Source: Balanoglossus misakiensis (lineage: Eukaryota > Animalia > Hemichordata). Taken from it: a stretch of 64,000 nucleotides of DNA. Where the stretch lies: positions 9,495,200 through 9,559,199 of the forward strand of contig CM082593.2 in assembly GCA_040954595.2 (NCBI GenBank), read 5' to 3'. The notes under the pieces were generated by a model. It had not been told where the DNA came from and searched no databases. It saw only the letters and a list, made by a program, of their open reading frames with translations. Below, piece by piece: positions 11,095-23,375 of the stretch. Both the position numbers and the translations under genes were made by a program. Position 1 is the first letter of the stretch; each line of letters begins with the position of its first letter.

Positions 11095-11690
11095 GATCTC
11101 GGACACATTAGCTGAAAACTACTGGTCAGATTTCTTTGAAAATTGGTATGCATATATCTTCTGCCAACATCACAGAGCTCTATAAGTTTTGACCTTATAT
11201 CGTGAATTTTCTACTTTTTATGACTTTTGTCATTTTTTCCACATCTTCTATGAAAGTGATTGGTCGATTTCTCTAAAAAAAATTCAGTATAATTATAAAG
11301 CTTCCTATAGGTGATCTTTGTTTTTTTTTCAAATTGTTGCTAAGTTTGCGTATTTGTAATTATGGGCCAAATTTTGCAATTTTTGGTCAAAATTCGTTTT
11401 CTCGGAAATCGCTTGTCAGATTGCTTTGAAAATTGGTAGGCATGTTTTCAGGGTTAAGCAATTGTGAGTTGTGTTAAATTTTTGCTGAAATGTGCATATT
11501 TATGTTCTTGAGGTAGGGCCTAACTGTTGCAATTTTTCGTCAGAAGTTTTTGTCCTTGAAACCACTTGTTAGATTGCTTTGAACTTCGGTAAGCATGTTC
11601 CTTATACTGATTGATGTAAGATATTGTACAATTATGGTGATGTTTGAATATTTGAGTTTGGCAGTTTTGGGACAGTTTTTTGAAATTAGG
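11095..11690 (+). mobile_element. Degraded HINE/Helentron-type internal repeat fragment
   Basis: Diverged subrepeats GAAA.C.CTTGTCAGATTGCTTTGAAA.TTGGTAGGCATGTT at ~130-bp spacing. The AAAACTACTGG motif is shared with the 30.8-kb element. Confidence 0.5.
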
Positions 11691-14600
11691 TCATATCAGC
11701 TCGTGTGGTATTAGGTCAATAACAACAAATTAAGTCCAAACGTTGGCCACGCTTCCTACTTTAATATAGCACAAGTATGAAAAAACGACCAGTTTGTGTT
11801 ACGTTACCTGCTTTCATTGAGAGCAGCGCCCGCAGTGAGTTTTTTAGAAAATTTGATCAAATTCATGATGAATCGAATTGAATCGACGTTTATTCCAGCT
11901 GGGAGCACTTTATAGACTACAAAGTTGTTTTGTTAGATGGGTAAAATTTAAGACCACTCGACCAATGCAGAGGGAAGTTGTCAAAATCGACGAAACAAAG
12001 CGAGAAAATGGCAATTTGCGCTGTCGACATATTTCTTCTCCTGCCTCGAATTATCAATCCCATGGAACCCCCCCCCCCCCGGCGCGCCCGAAAAAAATAT
12101 ATATCAATCAGGGATCATCATAAAACTCGACTATGAATCGGACATGAAATCAAACTCGACGATGGAAAAGCAGCCGATTCCGAGATAAACGCATCCCGAT
12201 AGGATGAGAACTCCGCCATGTGACTTCATCTAATTTCTCTGCAAACATGGAGGGGTTGTACGTTGGTAATGTGTTTACAAAGCAAAGTTAAGACATAAGT
12301 CCGAACATGACCGTGGTCCGAAGCTTGGACACTCTTATCAAACAGAGCAGTACAGTGTGTGGAGACATCGCCCGTAAGACACACCACCGGCCCTGCCACA
12401 CTGAGCTGCAATATGCTCTTGGCTCGTAGCCGTCCCAGTCGGTAACAAGTCGTTACGGCACTTATTCTTATCGGTTCGGCCTTTAATGTACGCGACCCCG
12501 GCCGTTTCGTCCTAGCTGCAAACCGATTCTTCAATTTGCAGTTCAGTAAAGTTGGCGAACGGGATAGTCTGTTAACGGAAAACGCAGGCCTATACACAGT
12601 GCTGGCGAACGGGACAAAAGGCCACAATAAAAGCGAGCGTGTTGTCAGATCAGTGGGACTATCATAACACGAATACATAACATGTGGAAGGGCTAGGCCT
12701 AATTTTCTCCTGAGAAAGTTCAATTCGTGTTCTGTCGATGTGAAATTGTGTTTATTTAATGCTTTTTGTAATAACATTTATGACTTTCATTTATGGTGCG
12801 ATTATAATATCCGGAATATCATCGTATGTCACAACAATGCACTTCGAAGACTTCTTGGTCACCCGGACACGAAAGTGCCTCTAAAATATTTGTTCTAAAC
12901 GCCGTAAACTGCTTCTCCGTCATGAGAAGAAAAGTCGCTTTTAATTTTTCTGTTCGTCTCTGTACTAGTCCCAATGTTTTGATCAATCGTCTTGTCTCAT
13001 GAGATATGCGCTTTTATGGACTACATACCCACTGGATTGACATTTTACATTGATTCTTAAAACTATTATATTTTTTACATTTATTTTATTTATTACTTTT
13101 CTAGTGTTTTTGTCAGTTTTTGTAACCTATTTCTATGGACGGTTGTGTCTGAAATAAAGATAAATAATAATCATAATAATAATAAAATAATAATTACGAT
13201 CCCGAGATTACGATAAGCATAGGGACATTATAACGAGCCAACGTGAAACTGACATGGAAACGATCGACAGTACGGTAGAGCACAGTGACTGCTGGTAGAG
13301 CGAGCGTGTTGCTGTGCGGGAGGCATTTACCATGTTTGTTTACAACACACACCGACATGACCTGTGGCCGCAGTTGCAGCCTCCTAAGCGACCTAACCCA
13401 AGCAGTTTACGATCTCGGGTATCGTGGTCTGACTGACCAAAATGACACAGAAAGAGAAACACATTAGGAAGTATTATAGCTCTGTTTCCTCGAAGTCGAA
13501 TAAGTGTTCACAACACAAGGCACATCAAACCCGTTGCTCAGACATCGGAAGTTTGCAGTTCGCTTGCCTGGTTTGAAATGCGTGGCTGTGGTAGAAATTA
13601 CCCACTGTGCCCCCCCCCCCCCCCCCCCGATTTTATTGTGTAGACAATGAGGCACTCACACTCAAAAAGCAAATGAGATATTCTTTCGAATGCGAGCATG
13701 TTCCAGAGCGTTCTAAAGAAATAAAATATGCAGCTGTAGCATGTATGCATATTCATTAGTCTGTCGTAATGCTAACTTTGGTCTGTGATTGGGTAACACG
13801 TTCTACTCACCATAACAACAGGTGATCATTGATCCGTTTCCGGTGTGCGACGCCGGGTTTCGACCACTTTCCTTCTACTTGCCGCGGGATCAAGACGTCT
13901 TTTCGGTAGGCTCATAATCGAATCATTGCTTTTAGTACAATAGCCTATTTAGCTATGTTACCGTCACTCGATTGTTTTGTCTGGTATTGGGTGACTTGCA
14001 GCTATCCGTACAACACCTTGTAGTTGAACAGAAGTAGGTTTAATTCCAGAAACAATTCCGAGCTACGGGCGTGCAGCTAGCCTGTCGGCTATTCTGGGTA
14101 TGGCTGCGCTGGCTCCCGAATCAGGAGACCAGGAAGTCATAATCGAGAAAGTCTAGTCATATTTATAGGGTTATATTTTGTGAGAATTTTATTGCTAGGC
14201 CTCTTGCCTAAGCGCACGTAGGGCCAGTTTGTGAGATTGAAAAGGATGGCAGCGCTGCAGGATGTTTAGTGTCAAAATAGTCGACCATACTGTCGAACGG
14301 TTGTGGCAAAATGGCACGTCACTGTGGCGACATAAGGTACGGGTAGAACGTTTTTCTCTAGAAAGTCTCTTTGCTGGTGGACGGAACGATAGTTCCATAC
14401 GTATAGTCTTTGTTTAGCGGAAGGTCAGGAAACCACGGTATTTTTCCATACATAATTCCATACGTTCTTTGAGGTTTTTATATGAGTCACCTCAGTGTTT
14501 GCAGGTGTTTTTTTTTATTTTACGGTTTAAACGTGGTTGGTGTATTTTCGGTTTTCTGGTGAGATTTCCACCTCTCCGTTGGCATACTTAAAAAATTATC

Positions 14601-14839
14601 CTAATTTTTATTGGGAAAACCGATAAAACCAAAACCACAACTAAAGAAAATGTCTTAAACATTTTAACTTAGGCATTGTAATCTGTTTGGTGATAACCCT
14701 TTTAGCTTTGAGAGATAACCGATTTGATGTTTTAGTATAAGCCAATTTTTTGACCCGGGCGACAAGGATTTTTTCTCCTAGAGTCGTGTTGCTTGGAAGC
14801 ATACTTTTGTATGTGTGGTCCCAGTTGATGAAAACCTGG

Positions 14840-15220
14840 TTGATGAAAAATGTGCATATTTATAATTTTGTAGCAATTTTTGCCATTTTTGGTCAAAAAT
14901 TGTTTCCTCTAAAACCGCTTGTGAGATTGCTTTCAAATTTGGTAGGCTTGTTCCTTGGGGATAATTAAATGAGATGTTTAAAAAAATACTTGAAATTTAC
15001 ATATTTGCGTTTTGTGTGTGAAAGTTGTGGAATTTTTCATCAAAAATTATTTTCTTTCAAACTGCATGTCAGATCGCCTTGAGCTTTGGTAGGCATGTTC
15101 CCTGAAGCGATTGAAGTAAGATATTGTACAATTTTGGAGAAAATACTGATTTTTCTGAAACTGCATATGGGATTGCTTTGAAATTTGATAGGAATATTCC
15201 AATGGGTAACCCAAGTTTTG
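14840..15220 (+). mobile_element. Second fragment of the same repeat family as 11095-11690
   Basis: Shares GATTGCTTT.AAATTTGGTAGGC.TGTTCC and TTGA.GTAAGATATTGTACAATT with 11410-11635. Confidence 0.55.
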
Positions 15221-15715
15221 TCTGATTGTGTTGATTACCCTATACTGAGACTCACTAAGTACACTATATGTTTATATTACTAGGGAGTTCAGAATCCAAT
15301 ATGGCCACCATTCAAAGTGGGACATGCTGTATAATCTGATTGATTTCTAAACTTGTCATATTTTAATTTCTCGGTCTTGCAAATAAAAATAAAATGCCAA
15401 AAACTGAGTAACTTTCGTTTCTTCCCGCTTGTTAACGTCATATGTTGGTGTTGTCCATTACAACGATTATCATCTAAGCGTCCCGAAACACTGATAAGAA
15501 CTCCAATATAATTAGCCAGAGTAAACTGAGATTTTTATGCTGAAGTCGGCATATGGTCTTTTTCCTCCTACTGGGAAAGTGGCTAGAGTCAATCAGTGCA
15601 TAATGGCAGCATTACATGGCACTGAATAAATGGCAGGGGTATTTACATCTCTGTATTTTTTTCACTTAAACCATTATAAATCTCTAACAGTATATTATAA
15701 TATTGTGTATGCAAA

Positions 15716-17045
15716 TTGGAGATGCGTTTTACTTCAGAGTTGGAAGTATTTTTTAGTAAAGTCTGGGAAGTGACATGTCTTCAAAGTGATTGATGTTATC
15801 TGCTAAGAGCTGAATGCCCATGGATGTTCTTTCCTAGATTTTACATTTTCTTAGCATTTCATAGACCTGTGTATAATTATAATTTCAGTTATATATTCTA
15901 ATTTGAGTTTAGGAAGGGTATGCATGGAATTAAAGTAATTATTCTGTAATTACCCAACCAAATATGTTGTCTAACTAATGGATATTTTGATTGTCAATTT
16001 GCACAGGCAACATTATTGAAGTAGCATTAAGAGTAGTTGATAATATAGCAGAGCTTCTAACTGGAAAGAAGAGCTTAGTAAATTTATCAGCTCATAATAT
16101 TCCTTTAACCAATGAACTTTATATGAACTTGCACACCTGCGTTAAAGATACAGGGATTAATGTTCAGGAAACCTTACCAGCTCTAGTAAATTTATTTGAG
16201 CCAGAAATTGAATTACCAAAAAAAAATCAGTAATTTCATAAAGACACAGTCAGAAAAGAAACAGAGAAAGCCAGCAAGGAAGGGGGAAAAGTGGAATACA
16301 TGAACGACACAGTTTGCTTAAAATACGTGTGTGTGCTGTAAAAACTGTATGGTGCAACGGCGTCAATTTTTATGATTTATAAGCAGCCAGTCTTTCCATG
16401 CATATCATACCAAAATTTAATATGAAATTCTTGTTAATGTTAATAGTCTACAAGGATAGTACAGGTAACATGTTGAAATTAAACTATCCAACTTTCTCCA
16501 CTTTTGATATCCGCTCGACACAGGCAAGCAAAAGGGCCGATCTGAGACTATGACTTGAATGATGGCAATTTTTGCTGTCCAGAGGTAACTGTATAGCATT
16601 TATTTGGTAGTAATATCAGCTTTATGATTGCTAAAAATACATCAGAATTTAAATATTTCCACTTACTACAGTGATTGAACTGATTTTCAGCAAATTGCAG
16701 TGTATAAACAAATATTGCCATCTAATGAAATGTCAACCCAATTAAGGCCGCCTATTTGCAATGGTAAAATGCTAGGTTTACCATATTTGAGCGCCTGGGA
16801 ATTTGAGTTATAATCCAGATATCAAAAACTTAAGTCACTATCTGTATCTGCACATATATTGTAATATAATCTGAAAATTTCGTGAAAATTAGATCAAACA
16901 TGATCGAGACACAGAAGATCAAACATTGCAAATTTTCATATTTTACCATGGTGCCATGCTAAAAATAGAGAGATTTTTTTTACAAGTTTAGATGATCTCC
17001 TGTAAAACTGAAAGAAGTAATCTTCTGTGAATCTTGCATTTTTAT
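15716..17045 (+). repeat. Segmental duplication copy 1 (1.33 kb)
   Basis: Near-identical to 17130-18892 and 21455-22812. Homologous ORF starts at 15991, 17404 and 21729. Confidence 0.95.
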
Positions 17046-17129
17046 GTTGGAACCATGCAAACCACTTTGGCCCCTGCAATGCAGCATGTTGCTTTAATTG
17101 TCTTCTTCATGGTTGCCATATTGGATTTT

Positions 17130-18892
17130 TTGGAGATGCGTTTCACTTCAGAGTTTGAAGTTTTTTTAGTAAAGTCTGGGAAGTGACATGTCTTCAAAGT
17201 GACTGATGTTATCTGCTAAGAGCTGAATGCCCATGGGTGTTCTTTCCTAGATTTTACATTTTCTTAGCATTTCATAGACCTGTTTATAATTATAATTTCA
17301 GTTATATATTCTAATTTGAGTTTAGGTAGAGTATGCATGGAATTAAAGTAATTATTCTGTAATTACCCAACCAAATATGTTGTCTAACTAATGGATATTT
17401 TGATTGTCAATTTGCACAGGCAACATTATTGAAGTAGCATTGAGAGTAGTTGATAATATAGCAGAGCTTCTAACTGGAAAGAAGAGCTTAGTAAATTTAT
17501 CAGCTCATAATATTCCTTTAACCAATGAACTTTATATGAACTTGCACACCTGCGTTAAAGATACAGGGATTAATGTTCAGGAAACCTTACCAGCTCTAGT
17601 ACATTTATTTGAGCCAGAAGTTGAATTACCAAAAAAAAAATCAGTAATTTCATAAAGACACAGTCAGAAAAGAAATAGACAAAGCCAGCAAGGAAGGGAG
17701 AAAAGTGGAATACATGAAAGACACAGTGTGCTTAAAATACATGTGTGTGCAGTAAAAACTGTATGGTGCAACGGCGTCCATTTTCATGATTTATAGCCAG
17801 CCAGTCTTTCCATGCATATCATACCAAAATTTAATATGAAATTCTTGTTAATGTTAATAGTCTACAAGGATAGTACAGGTAACATGTAGAAATTAAACTA
17901 TCCAACTTTCTCCACTTTTGATATCCACTCGACACAGGCAAGCAAAAGGGCCGATCTGAGACTTTGACTTGAATGATGGCAATTTTTGCTGTTCAGAAGT
18001 AACTGTATAAAATGTTTTTGGTAGTAATATCAGCTTTATGATTGCTAAAATACACAAGACTTTAAATGTTTCCACTTACTACAGTGATTGAACTGATTTT
18101 CAGCAAATTGCAGTGTATAAAAAAATATTGCCATCTAATGAAATGTCAACCCAATATGGCCGCCCATTTGCAATGGTAAAATGCTAGGTTTACCATATTT
18201 GAGCGCCTAGGAATTTAAATTATAATCCAGATATCAAAAACTTAAGTCACTATCTGTATCTGCACATATATTGTATTATAATATACCTCATGCTAATACT
18301 GTGCCGTGATTCGCCAGAATCCGTCACGTGATAGGAAAATAGAATCGACTATGAACCGTTAGGGAAATAGCAGAAAAAATATAAACCGGTCACATGACAA
18401 ACGTGGTCACGTCAATCAGCGTCGCGTCTGACACAATGGCCACCGCTGAAGATGTCGTCTGCCAACCTCAAGAGAAAATTGCATGATTTTCCAAACTGTC
18501 AGCATGAGGTTTATTATAAAACACCTATAGCCTGGCCTATATTAGGGCCATAGCAGCCGTTTTTACCCCCACGTGGCTGTGAGTTACCAGAATCATACGC
18601 TATTTCCCTCGGCCTGCGGCCTCGGGAAATAGCATATGATTCTGGTAACTCACAACCCCTCCGGTGTAATAAACGGCCGCTATGGCCCTCATGGCCAGGC
18701 AATAGGTGTTCAATATAATCTGGAAATTTCGTGAAAATTAGATAAAACATGATTGAGACACGGAACATCAAACATTGCAAATTTTCATATCTTACCATGG
18801 TGCCATGAAAAAATAGAGAGATTTTTTTACAAGTTTAGATGATCTCCTGTAAAACTGAAAGAAGTAATCTTCTGTGAATCTTGCATTTTTAT
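17130..18892 (+). repeat. Segmental duplication copy 2, with a 437-bp insertion
   Basis: Colinear with copy 1 except for the insert at 18277-18719. Confidence 0.95.
18277..18719. mobile_element. 437-bp bipartite double-hairpin non-autonomous element
   Basis: Absent from copies 1 and 3 (empty site GTAATATAATCTG). TATAAT direct repeats at 18277-18282 and 18714-18719. Module A has TIRs ATAATATACCTCATGCT / AGCATGAGGTTTATTAT. Module B (18520-18710) is a near-perfect palindrome centred on CCTCGGCCTGCGGCCTCGGG. Confidence 0.9.
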
Positions 18893-21454
18893 GTTGGAAC
18901 CATGTTAACCGCTTTGGTCCCTCAAATGCTGCTTTTAGTAAATGTTTTAATTGTCTTCTTCATGGCGGCCATATTGGATTTTCGGATAACCTTTAAAAGT
19001 TGACATTTTTTTCAAAAACTACAGGGCCAATCAAGTTCTAATTTACTGTGCGGTTCAATGTTTGACAATAATATCATTAGTGGTCATGTGGCTTTGGAGT
19101 TTTGAAAAAATATCATTAAAAAATTTCAAAAATCTTTTTCTAATCAAGTTTTCAAGTAAATTGTGATTGGGTAAACCTTATTGAAGCCAAATTGGATTTT
19201 CTGATCTCCAATAAAAGACTAAAATTTCCTATTTCTAGCTTGCTCATTGAAACCACACAAATTCTTTTTATGGATATGAGTCACCATATGACCAGAATAT
19301 ATCACAATTATTAGACTACTTTCACATGTTCTTTGATCAAGTTTTTACAGAACTTGATTAAACAATGTGTTTGCGACTCTCGCATGTCCTTTGATCCAGT
19401 AATTCCAGAACTTATTTTATGTGGATATGCCTCTTGTTAAAAACCACCACAGTCATAATTTTGTTCACATGAGTACGACTGCTGCCAGGACATAACCCAA
19501 ATCTTTTGATAATTTTGGCAATGACCTTTGCTGCCAGGACATAACCCAAATCTTTTGATAATTTTGGCAATGACCTTTGATCTACTATCCCATGCCTTGG
19601 AATAAACAGCAAATACAGTCTTCAAATTTTTTTTGGCTGGAACACCTAATGAAGTATTAAACTTTTACACAATAATTATGTACATAAGCTATTTCAAGTG
19701 AACCAAAAGAGCTTAGAAGTCTGTTTTCTGTTGGACACAGCTCAGTTTGATATCAAAATTTGTTGGCCAAAATTTGCGTGACCTCTGGCTTACTTACCAT
19801 TTCTCAGCATCCATAACAGATAAAGCCTTTGCTTTCTGTTGGAACCATGCTAACCGCTTTGGTCCCTCCAATGCTGCTTTTAGTTTTAATTGTCTTCTTC
19901 ATGGCGGCCATATTGGATTTTCGTATAACCTTTAAAAATTGACATCTTATAAAACAACTACAAGGCAAATCAAGTTCTAATTTACTGTGCGGTTCAATGA
20001 CAATAATAAAACTTGAATAAACAATTTGTTTGCAACTCTCGCATGTCCTTTGATCCAGTAATTCCAGAACTTATTTTATGTGGATATGCCCTTTGATCCA
20101 GTAATTCCAGAACTTATTTTATGTGGATATGCCTCTTGTTAAAAAGCACAACAGTCATGATTTTGTTCACATGAGTACTGCTGCTGCCAGGAAATAACCA
20201 AAATATTTTGCTAATTATGGCAATGACCTTTGATCTACTTTTCCATAAGTTGGCATGCACAGCAGATACAGTCTTCAAATTTGGAGGACTGAAACAACTA
20301 ATGAAGTATTAAACTTTAACACAATAATTTTGTACATAAGCTATTTCAAGTAAACAAATGGAGCTTACAAGTCTGGTTTTTGTTGGACACTGATCAGTTT
20401 AAGATCAAAAATTTGTGTCACAATTTTGCGTGACCTCTGGCTTACTTAACCATTTCTTGGCATCCACAACAAAACAGCCTTTGCTTTCTGTTGGAACCAT
20501 GCTAACCGCTTGGGCCTGTCCCATTTCTTCTTAATGGTGGCCATATTGGATATTCTGATAACCCTTAAAAATTGACATCTTTTCAACAACTACAAGGCAA
20601 ATCAAGTTCTAATTTACTGTGCGGTTCAATGTTTGACAACAATATCATTAGTGGTCATGTCACTTTGGTTGCCATATTGGATTTTTGAAAAATCTCATGA
20701 AAAATTTCACAAATCTTTTTCTAATCAAGTTTTCAAGTAAATTGTGATTGGGTAAACCTTATTGAGCCAAATTGGATTTTCTGATCTCCGATAAAAGACT
20801 AATATTTCCTATTTCTAGCCTGCTCATTAAAACCACACAAATTCTTTTTATGGATATGAGTCACCATATGACCAGAATATATCACAATTATTAGACTACT
20901 TTCACATGTTCTTTGATCAAGTTTTTACAGAACTTGATTTAAACAATTTATTTGCGACTCTCGCTTGTCCTTTGATCCAGTTATTCCAGAACTTATTTTA
21001 TGTGGATATGCCTCTTGTTAAAAAGCACAGCAGTCATGATTTTGTTCACACGAGTACTACTGCTGCCAGGACAAAACCCAAATCTTTTGATAATTTTGGC
21101 AATGACCTTTGATCTACTATCCCATGCCTTGGAATGTACAGCAGATACAGCCTTCAAATTTGGTGGACTGGAACACCTAATGAAGTATTAAACTTTAACA
21201 CAATAATTATGTACATAAGCTATTTCAAGTTAACCAATAGAGCTTAGAAGTCTGGTTTTTTGTTGGACACTGATCAGTTTGATATCAAATTTTGTTAGCA
21301 CAATTTTGCATGACCTCTGGCTTACTTTACCATTTCTTGGCATCCACAACAGAAACAGCCTTTGCTTTCTTTTGGAACCATGCTTACCACTTTGGTCCCT
21401 CCAATGCAGCATGTTGCTTTAATTGTCTTCTTCATGGTTGCCATATTGGATTTT
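18893..21454 (+). repeat. ~890-bp macrosatellite, block 1 (about 3 rearranged units)
   Basis: Recurring TTGGAACCATGCTAACC...ATGGCGGCCATATTGGATTTTC near 18895, 19840, 20490 and 21372. Confidence 0.9.
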
Positions 21455-22812
21455 TTGGAGATGCGTTTAACGTCAGAGTTGGAAGTATTTTTAGTAAAGT
21501 CTGGGAAGTGACATGTCTTCAAAGTGACTGATGTTATCTGCTAAGAGCTGAATGCCCATGGGTGTTCTTTCCTAGATTTTACATTTTCTTAGCATTTTAT
21601 AGACCTGTGTATAACTATAATTTTAGTTATATATTCTAATTTGAGTTTAGGTAGAGTATGCATGGAATTATAGTTATTATTCTGTAATTACCCAACCAAA
21701 TATGTTGTCTAACTAATGGATATTTTGATTGTCAATTTGCACAGGCAACATTATTGAAGTAGCATTGAGAGTAGTTGTTAATATAGCAGAGCTTCTAACT
21801 GGAAAGAAGAGCTTAGTAAATTTATCAGCTCATAATATTCCTTTAACCAATGAACTTTATATGAACTTGCACACCTGCGTTAAAGATACAGGGATTAATT
21901 TTCAGGAAACCTTACCAGCTCTAGTACAATTTTTGAGCCAGAAATTGAATTACCCCCCCCCCCCCCAAAAAAAAAAATAAAAGAAATAAAAAAAAATAGT
22001 AATTTTATAAAGACACAGTCAGAAAAAAAAACAGAGAAAGCCAGCAAGGAAGGGAGAAAAGTGGAATACATGAAAGGCACAGTTTGCTTAAAATACGTGT
22101 GTATGCAGTAAAACTGTATGGTGCAACGGCGTCCATTTTTATGATTTATAGCCAGCCAGTCTTTCCATGCATATCATACCAGAATTTAATATGAAATTCT
22201 TGTTAATGTTAATAGTCTACAAGGATAGTACAGGTAACATGTAGAAATTAAACTATCCAACTTTCTCCACTTTTGATATCTGCTCGACACAGGCAAGCAA
22301 AAGGGCCGATCTGAGACTTTGACTTGAATGATGGCAATTTTTGCTGTCCAGAAGCAACTGTATAACATTTTTTTGATAGTAATATCAGCTTTATGATTGC
22401 TAAAATACACAAGAATTTAAATATTTCCACTTACTACAGTGATTAAACTGATTTTCAGCAAATTGCAATGTATAAACAAATATTGCCATCTAATGAAATG
22501 TCAACCCAATATGGCCGCCCATTTGCAATGGTAAAATGCTAGGTTTACCATATTTGAGCGCCTGGGAATTTAAATTATAATCCAGATATCAAAAACATAA
22601 GTCACTATCTGTATCTGCACATATATTGTAATATAATCTGAAAATTTCGTGAAAATTAGATCAAACATGATTTAGACACGGAACATCAAACATTGCAAAT
22701 TTTCATATTTTACCATGGTGCCATGCAAAAAATAGAGAGATTTTTTTTACAAGTTTAGATGATCTCCTGTAAAACTGAAAGAAGTAATCTTCTGTGAATC
22801 TTACATTTTTAT
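21455..22812 (+). repeat. Segmental duplication copy 3
   Basis: Colinear with copy 1. It continues into unique sequence at 22813-23375 and has a private C14/A-rich expansion at 21953. Confidence 0.95.
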
Positions 22813-23375
22813 ATAATTTGGTAAAATTCTTTGAAAAATGGTGAAGATACTTGAGAATCTCAGTATTATTTGATGCGTTTGTACGCTGAAATCCGGTGAA
22901 CCGATTTTGATAATTTTCTTTGTTATAACCTACTAAGATGTATAAACATTTTTATCAGAAAAATAAACGGCAATCTTGGAGTAAATTTTTAACTGATCTT
23001 CCTTATATAATTTTAATGGTCCAGCTGTTACAGGGACCACCAGCTATTTTATTATAAACTGGTGGTAGGTCAGTGAATGCCTCTGTCTGATTGGACTAAT
23101 TAATTTGTCATACTCGCATGTATTTTTACAGACAGTTTTTGGACAAAAATCAGTTGTTGTTTTTTTAGTGTAGCTTGTAAGATTGCTGTGACACATAACA
23201 CTTTATTTGGCATAGTTAATTTTTTTATGTTTCCATAGTATTTAAATATTAATGCCATATATGCTTGCCAATGTTGCCCCTGAATTTAATTCTGGTGAAT
23301 ACCTAATTTCTGAGTAATCCCCAAAGGGCACCACAGTGTCCTTTACATTATTTTATAAGAAGTAAATTATACATA

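Noticed and set aside
12226-12777. 183-aa minus-strand ORF
   Set aside because: No recognisable domain or splice structure. The Arg/Ser/Leu-rich composition is typical of chance ORFs in GC-richer DNA.
13657-14715. Possible CAC-terminated DNA element starting CACACTCAAAAA
   Set aside because: No convincing inverted partner or TSD found.
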